DNA of 64,000 nucleotides from Stegostoma tigrinum (taxonomy: Eukaryota): assembly GCF_030684315.1 (NCBI RefSeq), contig NC_081378.1, forward strand, positions 48,278,307 to 48,342,306. Reading direction: 5' to 3'. Shown here piece by piece: positions 49,565 through 60,269 of this stretch; the stretch's first letter is position 1; every line of letters starts with the position of its first letter. The translations under genes and the position numbers were made by a program. The notes under the pieces were generated by a model, which saw only the letters and a list, made by a program, of their open reading frames with translations, made no database searches and was not told the origin of the DNA.

Positions 49565-49826
49565 GCTTGTTGTCAAGAACCAAATATTGATTCACTGATG
49601 TCCTTTAGGGAAGGAAACCTGTTCTCCTTAGCCAATATAGCCTCTATGTGACTCCACTCTCACTTCAGATTTGTTGAGTTTTAATTGTCTTCTGTTGTGA
49701 CCATGCAAGAGACTCAGTTGTGTAAGAAAAATATTCCAAGATAAAGGCCCACTAACATCTTTCTCAGGCCAATTAAGGATAAGCAAAACATACTAATCTT
49801 GCCATTGATGGTCACACCACAAGAAT
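49565..49826 (+). mobile_element. Old SINE of the 1-350 family, abutting the exon 3 donor
   Basis: 'ttcactgatgtcctttagggaaggaaacct...tatgtgactcca' body and tail. Confidence 0.7.
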
Positions 49827-49851
49827 TAACTAAAAACAAAAGAAGCTTTAC

Positions 49852-49945
49852 CCTCTTCCAAGCGTCTTCTCTCCTCCTCTTGTCTGAGGACTTTTTCTTC
49901 AGATCTGGTAAGTCTTTGTCCCTTAGCTGAGCTCATAATGGACGA
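49852..49945 (-). CDS. DNAI7: DNAI7/CASC1 exon 3 (SSIMSSAKGQRLTRSEEKVLRQEEERRRLEE)
   Basis: tttcaag| 94 nt |gtaaag; charged coiled-coil similar to the CASC1 N-terminus; ends in phase 1. Confidence 0.85.
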
Positions 49946-51384
49946 CTTGAAAGAAACATATGCCAACAAAACATCTGTTTTATACAACTGAAAGTCAAAA
50001 CAGTAATCTCTGATGTGAAATAAGTGCTTAGAACAACAACAGTACAGAAACATAGCAAAGACCTTCTGAATTTCATATTTTGACTGTTAGGTTGTGGTTT
50101 AAAACCATCTAGGTGGAATGTGAAAAAATGTCACATTAATTACTACACTTTCTCTTCTTTAAATCCCGCCAAACTTGCACCCCACAAGTCTGCCCTCTTT
50201 CTGTACCAAGGATTAGGAAATAACTAAAATGTCTGGTGACATTTCCTGTGATATAAAAAGAAACTCATACTATAGACATGATACAACCAATTTGGACACG
50301 GCTGTACCATTCCACCTGACTTTTAAATAACTGAAATTCTAAGTACATAGTGAACCATGTTTGCCAGCAGGGGAAGTATCTTAAACACATTCTACATAGG
50401 AAAATAAGTTTTCATTAGCCGGAAATTGAAGTTTCACCTAACTTACATAATTTTAGCTCTGGACTCTTTGTGTTCAAATCCCAGAATGTTTATCAATGTG
50501 AACAGAGCAAACACATTCCAACTACTGAAAATATACTTGTATGATTCTGTTATGAAAGGATGCAGTCCACAGAAGAACATCCTGTGTTGTGTTGGCTGCC
50601 TGGGGGACAAGTGAGTGTCATCCCTCAGTATCTTTGAGCCAGCACAAAAACTTTGTCCTATTCCCTTGTTATCAGAACTGTTCTCTAATCATTATCTTTC
50701 AGGATGCCAACTGCTGTTCACTGATTCATTGTTCAATTCCTTATGCGCACTTATTCATCTCCAGCAATATTGCTCATAGGGAAAAGTGAAGAACAATTTT
50801 GTTTTAGAATGCCCTTTACAGAAGAAGCATCTTGAAAAAAGGGGCTACCCATACAAGGAAATCTTTCCCCCTCCTGCGTTCAGCATGAATGAAGCCAGCT
50901 ACAAATAAGCAGACTAATAAGTACATAACTAGAGATAAAAAGCAGTCACTTTAAAATACTAATCGTGCTGACACAGATTGATTGAATGGCTGCCAGCGAT
51001 GACCAATGGGCATCACTCTCTGCTATCCAATCAAACAGCTCAAAAGTAACATATTTAATTAACAAAAGAAAGCAGCATAATACTGGAGGAGTTGAGATTA
51101 ATATCACCTAAAACAAATTCTTTCATAAAAAATTATAGTATTCAATCTCATATAACATTGCAAAATCAATGCAGAGTTAGAACCTTTCATTTTCCAACAT
51201 CACTAGGATAGTTCTAAACATATTAACAGCTTTTTCTAATGGCACTCTTTCCAAAAGACAGCTTGTCACCTCCTCACATTCAGGTGTGCCAGGCAAATAT
51301 AAATGATAAATCTGACAGCTGTACTAAAAATGTGTAAATCTCAAACTTTTTCAACACTACCACTATACCTGCCTGTTGCCATAC

Positions 51385-51411
51385 CATTTGTTTCTTTCTT
51401 TGCTTTGGCGG
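51385..51411 (-). CDS. DNAI7: DNAI7/CASC1 exon 2 (PPKQRKKQM)
   Basis: Pyrimidine tract ...tggtgccag| then 27 nt, then |gtatgg; resembles the basic N-terminus of CASC1; phase 0/0. An alternative donor exists at 51369. Confidence 0.7.
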
Positions 51412-52304
51412 CTGGCACCATAGAGAGAAGAAAAGAGAATTTGTGAGATATTTTGAAAAGAATCAGAACAGTTTAAAAGTTTCACTAGCATTAAACCTGT
51501 ATATATAGAAAAAAAACAAAACTAAAAGTTTATAAGACTGGACTTATACTGCAATGTAATTGACATCAGGATACAGTGATGCCTTAATGCACAAGGCCTC
51601 ACATCTCAATACTTTGGTGTGTTCTGCACTTGTTGGTATTCAATTGTCACTTTATGTGTTGATGTACACTGAAAACGATGTTGCAAAGATGCAACACAAC
51701 AGCAGTATAAATTGAGCCTAAAATATGCTTTGAAATCAGCAGAATGCGGTTTGATCCAGTAGCCATTAAAATAAAATATTTTCTCTTCAATTGCACTGTT
51801 GTAAGCAAAGGAACCTATAAAAAGAATGGAGTTGTTTGCCCAGGCAAAAATATCCTGGCAAAGACTAGTACACTCACTCACCCTATTGCCATGAAAAGCT
51901 TCCAATACACACTTCAAGTCTCTAATTTTTAAAGAATTGATTTCTCTTGACTTTTATGTTAAGAACATATCTAAAAGGAAGCAAATGATGAATATTGTAG
52001 CATCTTCCAATTATTCATTTTAAAGAATTCAGGACAATTGACATCATTCAACAGGATGTCAATATCTTTGTGCCCTACCTTGCAAATGGAAAAAATCAAA
52101 TTGCACTTAGACAGCAACTTTCACCTACTTAGCATGTGCTTTACATACAATGAAACAGTCACGGTCATAATGTTGAGAAACTTTCACACAGGAAGGTCCC
52201 ATAAGGAACAATGAAATGCAATTTCTGTAACAACATTTATTAAGGAATAAACATTGTCTAAGAATCTAGGAAAATACTGTTTGTCAAATCAATCAGAGTT
52301 TTTT

Positions 52305-54045
52305 TTACTCTAGGAAGGAGATAAGCCACCTATGGTTAACCAGGGAAGTTAAGAATAACATCAGATTGAAAGAAAAACACACAATGTGGCAAAGGTTAGT
52401 GATAAGACACAGGGTTGGGAAAGTTTTAAAAATCAACAAAAGATGACAAAAAAAAAAGGGAGAAGTTAAACATACAAGTAATATCAAGCATACAGCAAGA
52501 GCTTCTTAAAATGTATAAGAAGGATCAGAGAGGCCAAAGTTAATAAGTCCCTTAGAAAACAAGGCAGGGGAAATAGTAATAGGGAACAAGGAAATGGCAC
52601 AGGAATTGAATAAATACATTACATCTGTCAGCACAGCAGAAGACATTAATAGCGCTCCAAAATTACTAAATAATCAAGAGTTAAAAGGAAGAAAGGAAAA
52701 ATATACAATAACTGTCACTAGAGGAAAAAGTGTTAGGGAAGCTCATGGGGTTAAAGATCACTAAGTCCCTGGGCCTGATGCGATGCATCCTAGAGTACTA
52801 AAACATGAAGCTACAGACATAGTGTATACACTGGTAGTAATCTTCCAAGATTGTGGAAATGTCCCGGGGATTGGAAAACTGCCAATGGAACACCTTTATT
52901 TAGAAAGGGAAGGAGACAAAAAAACTATACGCCAATTAGCTTAATATATGTTATTGCGAAAATATTAGAGTCTGTTTTAAATTATGTAATAGCATTTAGA
53001 AATCATAGAATCCCTACAGTGTGGAAACAGGCCCTTTGGCACAAGTCCACACCAACCCACACAGCATCCCACCCAGACCCATCTCCTTATAACCCACCTA
53101 ATCTATACATCCCTGAACACTACGGGAAATTTAGCATGGCCAATCTACCTAGCCTGCACATCTTTGGACTGTGGGAGGGAGCCGGAACACCTGAAGAAAA
53201 TGCACGCAGACACAGGGAGCATGTGCAAACTCCACACAGACAGTCGCCTGAAGATGGGATCAAGACTGGATCCCTAATGCTGTGAGGCAGCTGCACTAAC
53301 CACTGAGCCCCTGCACAGATCAAGCAGAGTCAGTATGACTTCACAAAGTGGAAATCATGCCTGATAAATTTATGAGAATTCTTTGAGGTAAAAAGCAGGA
53401 TAAAAAAGGAAGCAGTGGATGTTTGGATCTACCAGCCTGAAATTACCATGAAGGACCATTCTTCTCAACTGAGGCATAGTGACCCTCGGGTTAAACTATG
53501 ACCAATTGTCTCTCTCTAACGAGACAGCAGCCAATGATCTGGTAGAACTTGGGTGACTTTACCATTACCTTACACATTGACATAGATAGGTTAATTGAGT
53601 ATGCAAAAAATTGGCAGCTGGAATATAATGTGGTAAAATGTGAGATTATGCAATTTGGCACTTTGCAGAAAGTATAAGAGAGCTGGATATTTTTTAAATG
53701 GAGAAAGACTGCAGAAAGATACAGCACAGAATGATATAGGAGTCCTCCTAATCACAAAAAGCGAGCATAAAAGTTCAGTAGGTAATAGGGAAGGCAATGG
53801 AATGTTGGTCTTTATTTAAAGAGGAAGGAGTATAAAAATCGGGCACTAGTCAGGCCACGGTTGCAAAACTGTAAATAGTTTTTGTTCCCTTATGTAAGGA
53901 AAGCTATACTGTCATTGCAGACAGTCCAGAGAAGGGCCACTAATCTGATTCTGAATATGAAGAAACTGTCTTATGAAGCTGAATGGGTCTGTACTCATTG
54001 GAGTTTAGAAGAATGCGCGGTGATGTTGTTGAAACATACAAGATG
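52305..54045 (+). mobile_element. Decayed CR1-type LINE with nested SINEs
   Basis: DWKTANGTPLFRKG...NYTPISL and later RT remnants. Confidence 0.78.
52997..53315 (-). mobile_element. HE1-like V-SINE
   Basis: Minus strand ggctcagtggttagtgcagctgcctcacagc...gactgtctgtgtggagtttgcaca...gattctatgatttct. Confidence 0.85.
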
Positions 54046-54099
54046 CGGAAAGATTATTTCCTCTTCTGGCAGACTCAATGACATTTATATTGTTAGCAT

Positions 54100-54400
54100 T
54101 AATTACTGCCTGTTCCTATTGCTCTTGTACTGAAATGCCTTACCAGGACATATAAAGATCAGCTATGTAGCTGTGGGTCTGGAGTCACAGACCAGGGAAG
54201 GTCAAAAGATTTCCTTCCCTAAAGGCATTAGTGAACCAGACTGGCGTTTTTTGACAATCACAGTGATCATTAGTCTTCTAACTGAAATTTATTGAAATTT
54301 CGCCGTTTGCCATGGTGAGATGTGAACCCATGTCGCAAAAGTATTAGGCCAGATCTCTGAATTACAGGTCCAGTGATACATCTTCACAACCACCTGGCCA
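54100..54400 (-). mobile_element. SINE of the 1-350 family
   Basis: 'tgggtctggagtcaca...ttccttccctaaaggcattagtgaaccaga...ccatggtgagatgtgaaccc'. Confidence 0.7.
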
Positions 54401-54749
54401 TTATTCCGCACTCTCTTTGTCTCATGTTGCCAATTGCCTAGCTACGTCAATAGCTCGCTTTCAATTTGGTGATCTTCAGCTGTAACTAATCCCTGGACTT
54501 TAGCAAAAACCCACTGGAAGTCACACAAATAATATCCCATAATTCAGAAGATGTATTCATAACTTGGCAACTCCTTCCAACATGTGCTAGGGGTGGGCAG
54601 AAAGAGTGACAGAGATTCCTGGCCAGACATGTGAAAGTACTACAGGTTCTATCATGCTATGTATAGCTCCAGGCTACAACATACTTGGAAATGCATGTGT
54701 TGCAACCCACACTCAGCAAAACAGGCCCTGCACGGCCGGCCATGCAGTC

Positions 54750-55857
54750 ATGCAGATTAGGTCGCATTGTATCCAGGGAGAGCTAGGTAATTGGATTCAA
54801 AATTGGCTTGATGGTAAAAAGCAAAGGGTGATGGTTGAAGATTATTTCTCGGACTGGAGACCTGTGACTAGTGGTGTGCCATGGGGGTCAGTGCAGGGAC
54901 TTTTGTTATTTATTATTTACATAAATGTGAATGTACAAGGCATAATTAGTAAGTTTGCAGGTGATCCAAAATTAGGAGGTATCATTGATAGCAAGGAAGG
55001 TTATCAAAAATTACAGAGGGATCTTGATCAGATGGGGAGTGGGCTGAAGATTGGCAAATACAATTCAATACAGATAAACATGAGGTGATGCACCTTGGAA
55101 AGTCAAACCAAGATAGGACTTAGACAGTAAATGGTAAAGTCCTGAGGAATGTTGTCGAATACAGGGACCCTAGAAGAACAAGCACATACTTCATTGAAAG
55201 TGGAGTCACAGGAAGACAGAGTGATGAAGAAAGCATTTAGTGTGCTGGCCTTCATCAGTCAAGGCCCTGAGTATAGGAGTTGGGATGTTGTGTTACAGTT
55301 GTATAAGTTATTGGTCAGTCCACACTTGATGTATTGTGTATAGTTTTGGTCACCCTGTTATAGGAAAGACACTAAACTGGAAAGTGTGCAAAAAAAAATT
55401 TACGAAGATGTTGCCAGGACTTGTAGGCCTGAGTTATAGGGAAGAAGTTGGCCAGGATAGGACTTTATTCCTTGGGTTGTAGGAGAATGAGGGGTGACCT
55501 TACTGAGGTGTATAAAATCAAGAGGGGCACAGACAGTTGAATGCATATCATCTTTTTCCCAGGGATGGGGAATTGAAAACTAAAGGGCACAGGTTTAAAA
55601 TGAGAGGAGGAAGAATTAAGAAGGACCTAAGAAGCAACTTCTTCACGCAGAGAGTGGTGCGTATTTGGAATGGATTGCTGGAGAAAGTGGTTGAGGTAGG
55701 TACAATAGCAACATTTTAAAAACATTTGAATAGGTAAATGGACGGGAATGGTTTAGAGGGATATGGACCAAATGTGAACAATTGGAACTGAGTGGGCAGC
55801 ATGGACAAATTTGGGACAAAGGGCCTGTTTCCATGCTGTATTACTCTATGACTTTAT
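54750..55857 (+). mobile_element. CR1-type LINE 3' kb
   Basis: WRPVTSGVPWGSVQG, ISKFAGD, FFTQRVVRIWN, tail actctatgactttat. Confidence 0.88.
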
Positions 55858-55859
55858 AT

Positions 55860-56145
55860 GATATGGAATATATCTACACAATATATCTATATTATTCTAG
55901 TGATATTAAACTATTACAATATTAATATTAAACTATTTATTACAATTAATATTAAACTACTATTCTATTGATATTAAACTGTTATGATATTCAAATTAAA
56001 TCACATGATGCATTGACACAAAAATATGTAACATTTTTGATACGATACTAGGCCAGTGTTGACATGCTTACATTATATTGACATTAAACCACATTACAAT
56101 ACTGATATCAAAGTATGTTATAATACTGATATTAAACCACGTTAC
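55860..56145. repeat. AT-rich degenerate minisatellite
   Basis: Recurrent unit gatattaaac(t/c)a(ca)ttacaat(act), at least 6 copies. Confidence 0.7.
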
Positions 56146-56273
56146 TGACATGAAACTGGGGCGGAGAGCAGTAAAGATGGGAAACTTTGAAGAGAACTTG
56201 AATGAGCTCTTTAAATGTCGTAACGTTCAAGGCTATGGGGCCAAATGCCAGAAAGTGGGTCTGGTACAGGCTT

Positions 56274-56460
56274 AGAGATAGTAGGAACTGCAGATGCTGG
56301 AGATTCTGAGATAACAAGGTGTAGAGCTGGATAAACACAGCAGGCCAAGCAGCATCAGAGGATCAGGAAAGCTGACGTTTCGGGCCTAGACCCTTCTTCG
56401 GAAAATCTGAAAGGCCTGTTCGGCCTGCTGTGTTCGTCCAGCTCCACACCTTGTTATCTC
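56274..56460 (-). mobile_element. Fold-back PLE mini-element at the start of DNAI7 intron 1
   Basis: Same family as 8783-9013; one hammerhead motif (minus, 56371-56402) and a truncated second arm. Confidence 0.85.
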
Positions 56461-56580
56461 TGGTGTAGACTGAGATTAGTTTTCTTTTGTCGGTGGGTAC
56501 TGGATGGGCCGAAGGGCCTCTTCTGTAACATATTATAGTACTGCATTTTTTAAAAAAAACCTCTCCCTGCTTGAACTCAC

Positions 56581-56583
56581 CAT
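56581..56583 (-). CDS. DNAI7: DNAI7/CASC1 coding exon 1 (ATG only)
   Basis: Minus strand reads gccaagATG|gtgagt: good Kozak context and a consensus donor at the CpG island edge; phase 0 fits exon 2. Confidence 0.75.
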
Positions 56584-56626
56584 CTTGGCTTCTTGTTCGA
56601 GGAGCTGTTCACAATAAAAACACAAA

Positions 56627-56713
56627 GTTGCCCGATATAACCGCAGACAGGTCGAAGGCCCGGCCGCGTTGCTAGGGACAAGCTTGTTTACCACGGCTCC
56701 GTTGCTGGGAGAC
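56627..56713. promoter_or_regulatory. Cluster of RFX X-box-like motifs with a forkhead (FOXJ1-type) site
   Basis: GTTGCCCGATATAAC 56627-56641, GTTGCTAGGGAC 56668-56679, TGTTTAC 56685-56691, GTTGCTGGGAGAC 56701-56713. Confidence 0.55.
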
Positions 56714-56799
56714 GCTCCCGGCCGCAAGACGCAGGCGCGGCACACGTCGCCTCTCCCAACCCCCATGCCCGCTGCCGCAAAGGACTGAGTACGACAGGG

Positions 56800-56890
56800 G
56801 CCGGCGGTCAGTTTGCGGCAACGGCCTCCGTCACTGCACCAGTGGCTCCCCTCACCCTGCGGTTTTCGTCGTCGGTGTCTGCTGCCGCCG
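56800..56890 (+). other. ETFRF1: Putative non-coding first exon of ETFRF1 (start approximate)
   Basis: CpG-rich segment ending ccgccg|gtaggg; the exon at 59080 has an acceptor and therefore needs an upstream exon. Confidence 0.45.
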
Positions 56891-57224
56891 GTAGGGCCTG
56901 GGATTGTAATTGAGGCTCGGTTACTAGGTGTAACGGGGGGAGAGAGAGAGAAAAAAAGGGTGGGATTGACGTTTTGTTGGAGTCAATGTGAAGGTGCTGA
57001 TGGTGTCAGGCAAGAACGAGGATAATGAACCACACAACATGGCTGAACATGGATCAGAATTAGGGTATAAATTGGGACAAGCCTGGGAGTGTGATTTGGT
57101 GTTACGGTCTCCATCAAAGAGCAAATCAGTACCAATCCGGGTGGTACAGGTAAAGTTTAGTGATTTGGAATATTTTTATTGCACAACTATACTTTTATTC
57201 ATTAAAAAACACCTGTGCATACAC

Positions 57225-57502
57225 AGAAAGAAAATCAGAAGTTGATGGCAAAACTCAGCAGGTCTGGCACCATCTGTGAAAAAAAAATCAGTTATCTTTT
57301 CGAGTCTGGTCATTCTTCCTCACAACTGAACTTTTGCCCGGAAGAGACAGGAGATGTTGAGTTCCCGGGAAGGGTTACTGGACCCGAAACGTTACTCTGA
57401 TTTTTTTTTCTTCCCTTAACAGATGCTGCCAGACCTGCTGAACGTTTCCGGCAACTCGTTTTTGTTGCTGATTTACAGCATCTGCAGTTTTTTTGGTTTT
57501 TA
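57225..57502 (+). mobile_element. Fold-back PLE pseudo-LTR element in ETFRF1 intron
   Basis: tcagcaggtctggcaccatctg / cagatgctgccagacctgctga inverted pair; 'gggttactggacccgaaacgtt' hammerhead half. Confidence 0.78.
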
Positions 57503-58337
57503 TATATGCACATACTGAAGCACTTCTGTGCAGTCTTTGCACATGAATAACAAAGAAACATTGGAATTTGGCATTTCCTGCAGTTGAAAAAAAAACAAGG
57601 CATTTCTTTTTTGTACATGACTGTGGTTGGGTCCATTTGACACATTGAGTGGGTTTGATAACTGAATGGATGCACATTTTAGTTTGTCAGAAAAATGCTA
57701 AATGGTGGTTCTCTCTCGGTGGCAGCTGCCCCAAGCTTTAGTGCTTACCTCAGCACATAGTCCTCAACCTTGGAATTTGAACATTTGGTTAGGTTCTTTG
57801 CAGTGGAAGGCCAGCAAGTTTTGGGCAACTCAAACAGCATCTCTGGAGTTGCTAGTCCTCTAGGTGCAGTCAGTGTTTGTCTCGATGTGCTCTACGATCT
57901 GTTCTCCAAAACGCACAGTCCTGTATCACAGCTGCGTGGGACAAACCACGACAAGAACCACTGCATCATCTTCACAACTTGGCAAAAACACATTCCCGAA
58001 GGAGACGTGGGACAGTCTGTTCGCCTAGTTCAGCTGCAGCATGTAGTGGTGGACAAAGTCTGGATGTAAAAATTAAGCTAGCAATGTCCTGGTGGTTTGT
58101 TTTGACAGTTCTTATCTATCAGCCAAACAGCGAATAGAGATGATGTTGGGAACTGAACTGGCTAGTTTTGTTCTTGTTTAACTGGTGAAATACCTATGTT
58201 TTGAATTGTGGTTATGTACTATAGTTGGAAGACAAAGCTTTATACCATCAGCAAATAAACAGATTTGTATTTAAATAATGCTTTTTATGATCACTAAAAG
58301 AAAGCAGGCTGATAGGGTCCTTGGTTTAAAAAGAACT

Positions 58338-58455
58338 CATCCAAATAACAGCATATCCAAAACAATGCAGTTCTCCCTCAGTACTATGCTGGACTGTAAA
58401 ATTTTGTAGATAAGTCTGGACCTTGTGACTCTGACAAGAGTGCCATGGCTGATGT
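58338..58455 (-). mobile_element. Deu-domain SINE fragment
   Basis: Reverse complement of 'cagcatagtactgagggagaactgcattg...tttggatgag'. Confidence 0.5.
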
Positions 58456-59118
58456 GAAGCAACGTATGGATGCCAGTTTTGATGAGTGAGCCACGGTCAT
58501 TACTTAGAAGGCAGAGGGCAGAAGGTTTTGAGCGGATGCTGTTTTTCCCAGATGTAACATTTTTTTTCCCTACATTCACAACTTTTAACAACACTTATCA
58601 GAATGTGACGTGAATTACTTTAGTGACCATTTACAATGTTTGATCTATGATAATCTAGTGATGGTTGTTGTTCTATTACTGAGTGTTAACTTTTGTTTAC
58701 ACACATTTCAAACATCACGTTTAAGGTCCTTCAAGGACAAAGGTTAGCCGATAAGTGGTTAAAATGAAATTATGATTGTCCACAAAATGAGGAACTAATT
58801 TGTATTCTAAAGTCAGCAAGGAAACTTAATGACCTTCTGTTGACAAGGAGAGCAAGAACTTTCCAGAATTTGTAGTATGAGGGGATCATTCTTAGTCGAA
58901 TAGTTAATGTAAATCATTGAAACACAAAACTCCATTACTCTTTGAACAGAAGTGTCAGCACAAATTCTAGACTCGAGTCTTGCAGTTGGGCTTGAATTCT
59001 GTCTTCAAGGGAAGTCTGCTTCACTGGCCTGAGACTGCTATTTAAAGTATGCCTAAACTTGACACCTGTTTTGTTACAGAGACAGTGAAAAGCTGGATGG
59101 AAAAGCTTTTGTTTGAAC

Positions 59119-59163
59119 ATGGCAAATCCTTTAAGAAGTGAAGTAATAAAACTGTATAAAAAT
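59119..59163 (+). CDS. ETFRF1: ETFRF1/LYRM5 first coding exon (MANPLRSEVIKLYKN)
   Basis: Acceptor ttgttacag| at 59079/59080, gaacATGg Kozak, donor |gtaagt at 59164; matches recalled human MANSLRGEVLKLYKN with the LYR-like LYK motif. Confidence 0.95.
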
Positions 59164-59941
59164 GTAAGTTTCTGGTCATCTACTTTAACTATAAATTTAA
59201 TGTTACACAGTTGTTTCAGCAGGTAGATCTACTACTTGATATGGTATTAAATCATGCAAAACCACAAATTTCCAGGCCAAACCCTTTGTTTGTAAACCTG
59301 TGCTGTCTTAGGTACACAGCAAATCAACCTCAATCCTCTTTAGGATAGGGTAGAGAAGGGTACAGAATCAATTGGGTTTCTAATTTCAAAATCTAATTAT
59401 CTTTGTGGTACTTTAAAGCAACCTGCCATGACATCACCTGGGCAGGTGGAACCTTCCGCCCTAGAGGAAGGGTCACTTCCTCTACGGTACAGAGCCCTCA
59501 AACTGAAACTGAGTTCATGTCCAAAAGAAAGGAACTGCTACAAAGAGCCATTTGCAACAAATTTTCACACCACTCAGGTTCAAACTCATGCCCCTGTGGT
59601 GATTAGAATCTGAATCTAGTGCCTTAGACCAAATTAAGTATTGTATCGTCAAGTAAAGCTGAAACAACAGAAAAGATCCTCAGTGGATGTGTAGCAACAC
59701 GTGTTAACAGAGACACAGTTAATGCGCCCAACCCTTTCTCAAGGTTGGACACAGTGGTACTATTAGGCAAATGTCAAAAATCCCTCAGGGTTTGGAACAC
59801 TAGATGGTCAATTGGAGGATAAGAATCAGAGGGCAAGAACTAGAGGCAGGAATTTATCCCGTGGCAAGGATGTGGAATGTGCACGAGTATGGTAGAGGCT
59901 TCAATCATGGCTTTCAAAAAGAGGTCTAAGAGAGTGTGGAA

Positions 59942-60269
59942 ATCCATAGTTTTGGCAAAGAGGTTATTGACTTGCTTGCCAAGCTGCCTTGTTCTCATTC
60001 AGATGTTTCATCACCATCCTAGGTGACATCAGCAGTGGAACCTCAATGAAGCGATGTTGTTCTACTCCATTTGGAACTTGTACTGTCTGGTCCGTTTATC
60101 GCGAGTAGTGTCATCGCTGGTTTTGATCTGTTTGGGTTTGTATATGGGATTGTATCTGTTTGTTGATAGAATTGCTTCAACAGAGGCTCCACTGCAGATG
60201 TCACCTTGGATGGTGATGAAAAGTTTAAATGAGAACAAGCCAGCTTGACAACCAAGTCAACAATCTCAG
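59942..60269. mobile_element. Older fold-back PLE element (family of 22262-22598) in ETFRF1 intron
   Basis: Inverted arms ~59967-60045 / 60182-60262; TSD gtgtggaa 59934-59941 / 60270-60277. Confidence 0.75.

Larger units (their letters stand above)
56560..56900. promoter_or_regulatory. CpG island / bidirectional promoter of DNAI7 and ETFRF1
   Basis: Only CpG-dense, GC-rich unique segment in the window, lying between the two divergent 5' ends. Confidence 0.85.

Noticed and set aside
55860-56145. CRISPR-like repeat array
   Set aside because: Eukaryotic context, degenerate AT-rich units and no unique spacers.
56988-57149. ORF ending at a good donor (CAG|gtaaag) as an N-terminal extension of ETFRF1
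   Set aside because: Splicing to 59080 gives AGA CAG TGA (stop); at most an alternative non-coding or uORF-bearing exon, with no further support.
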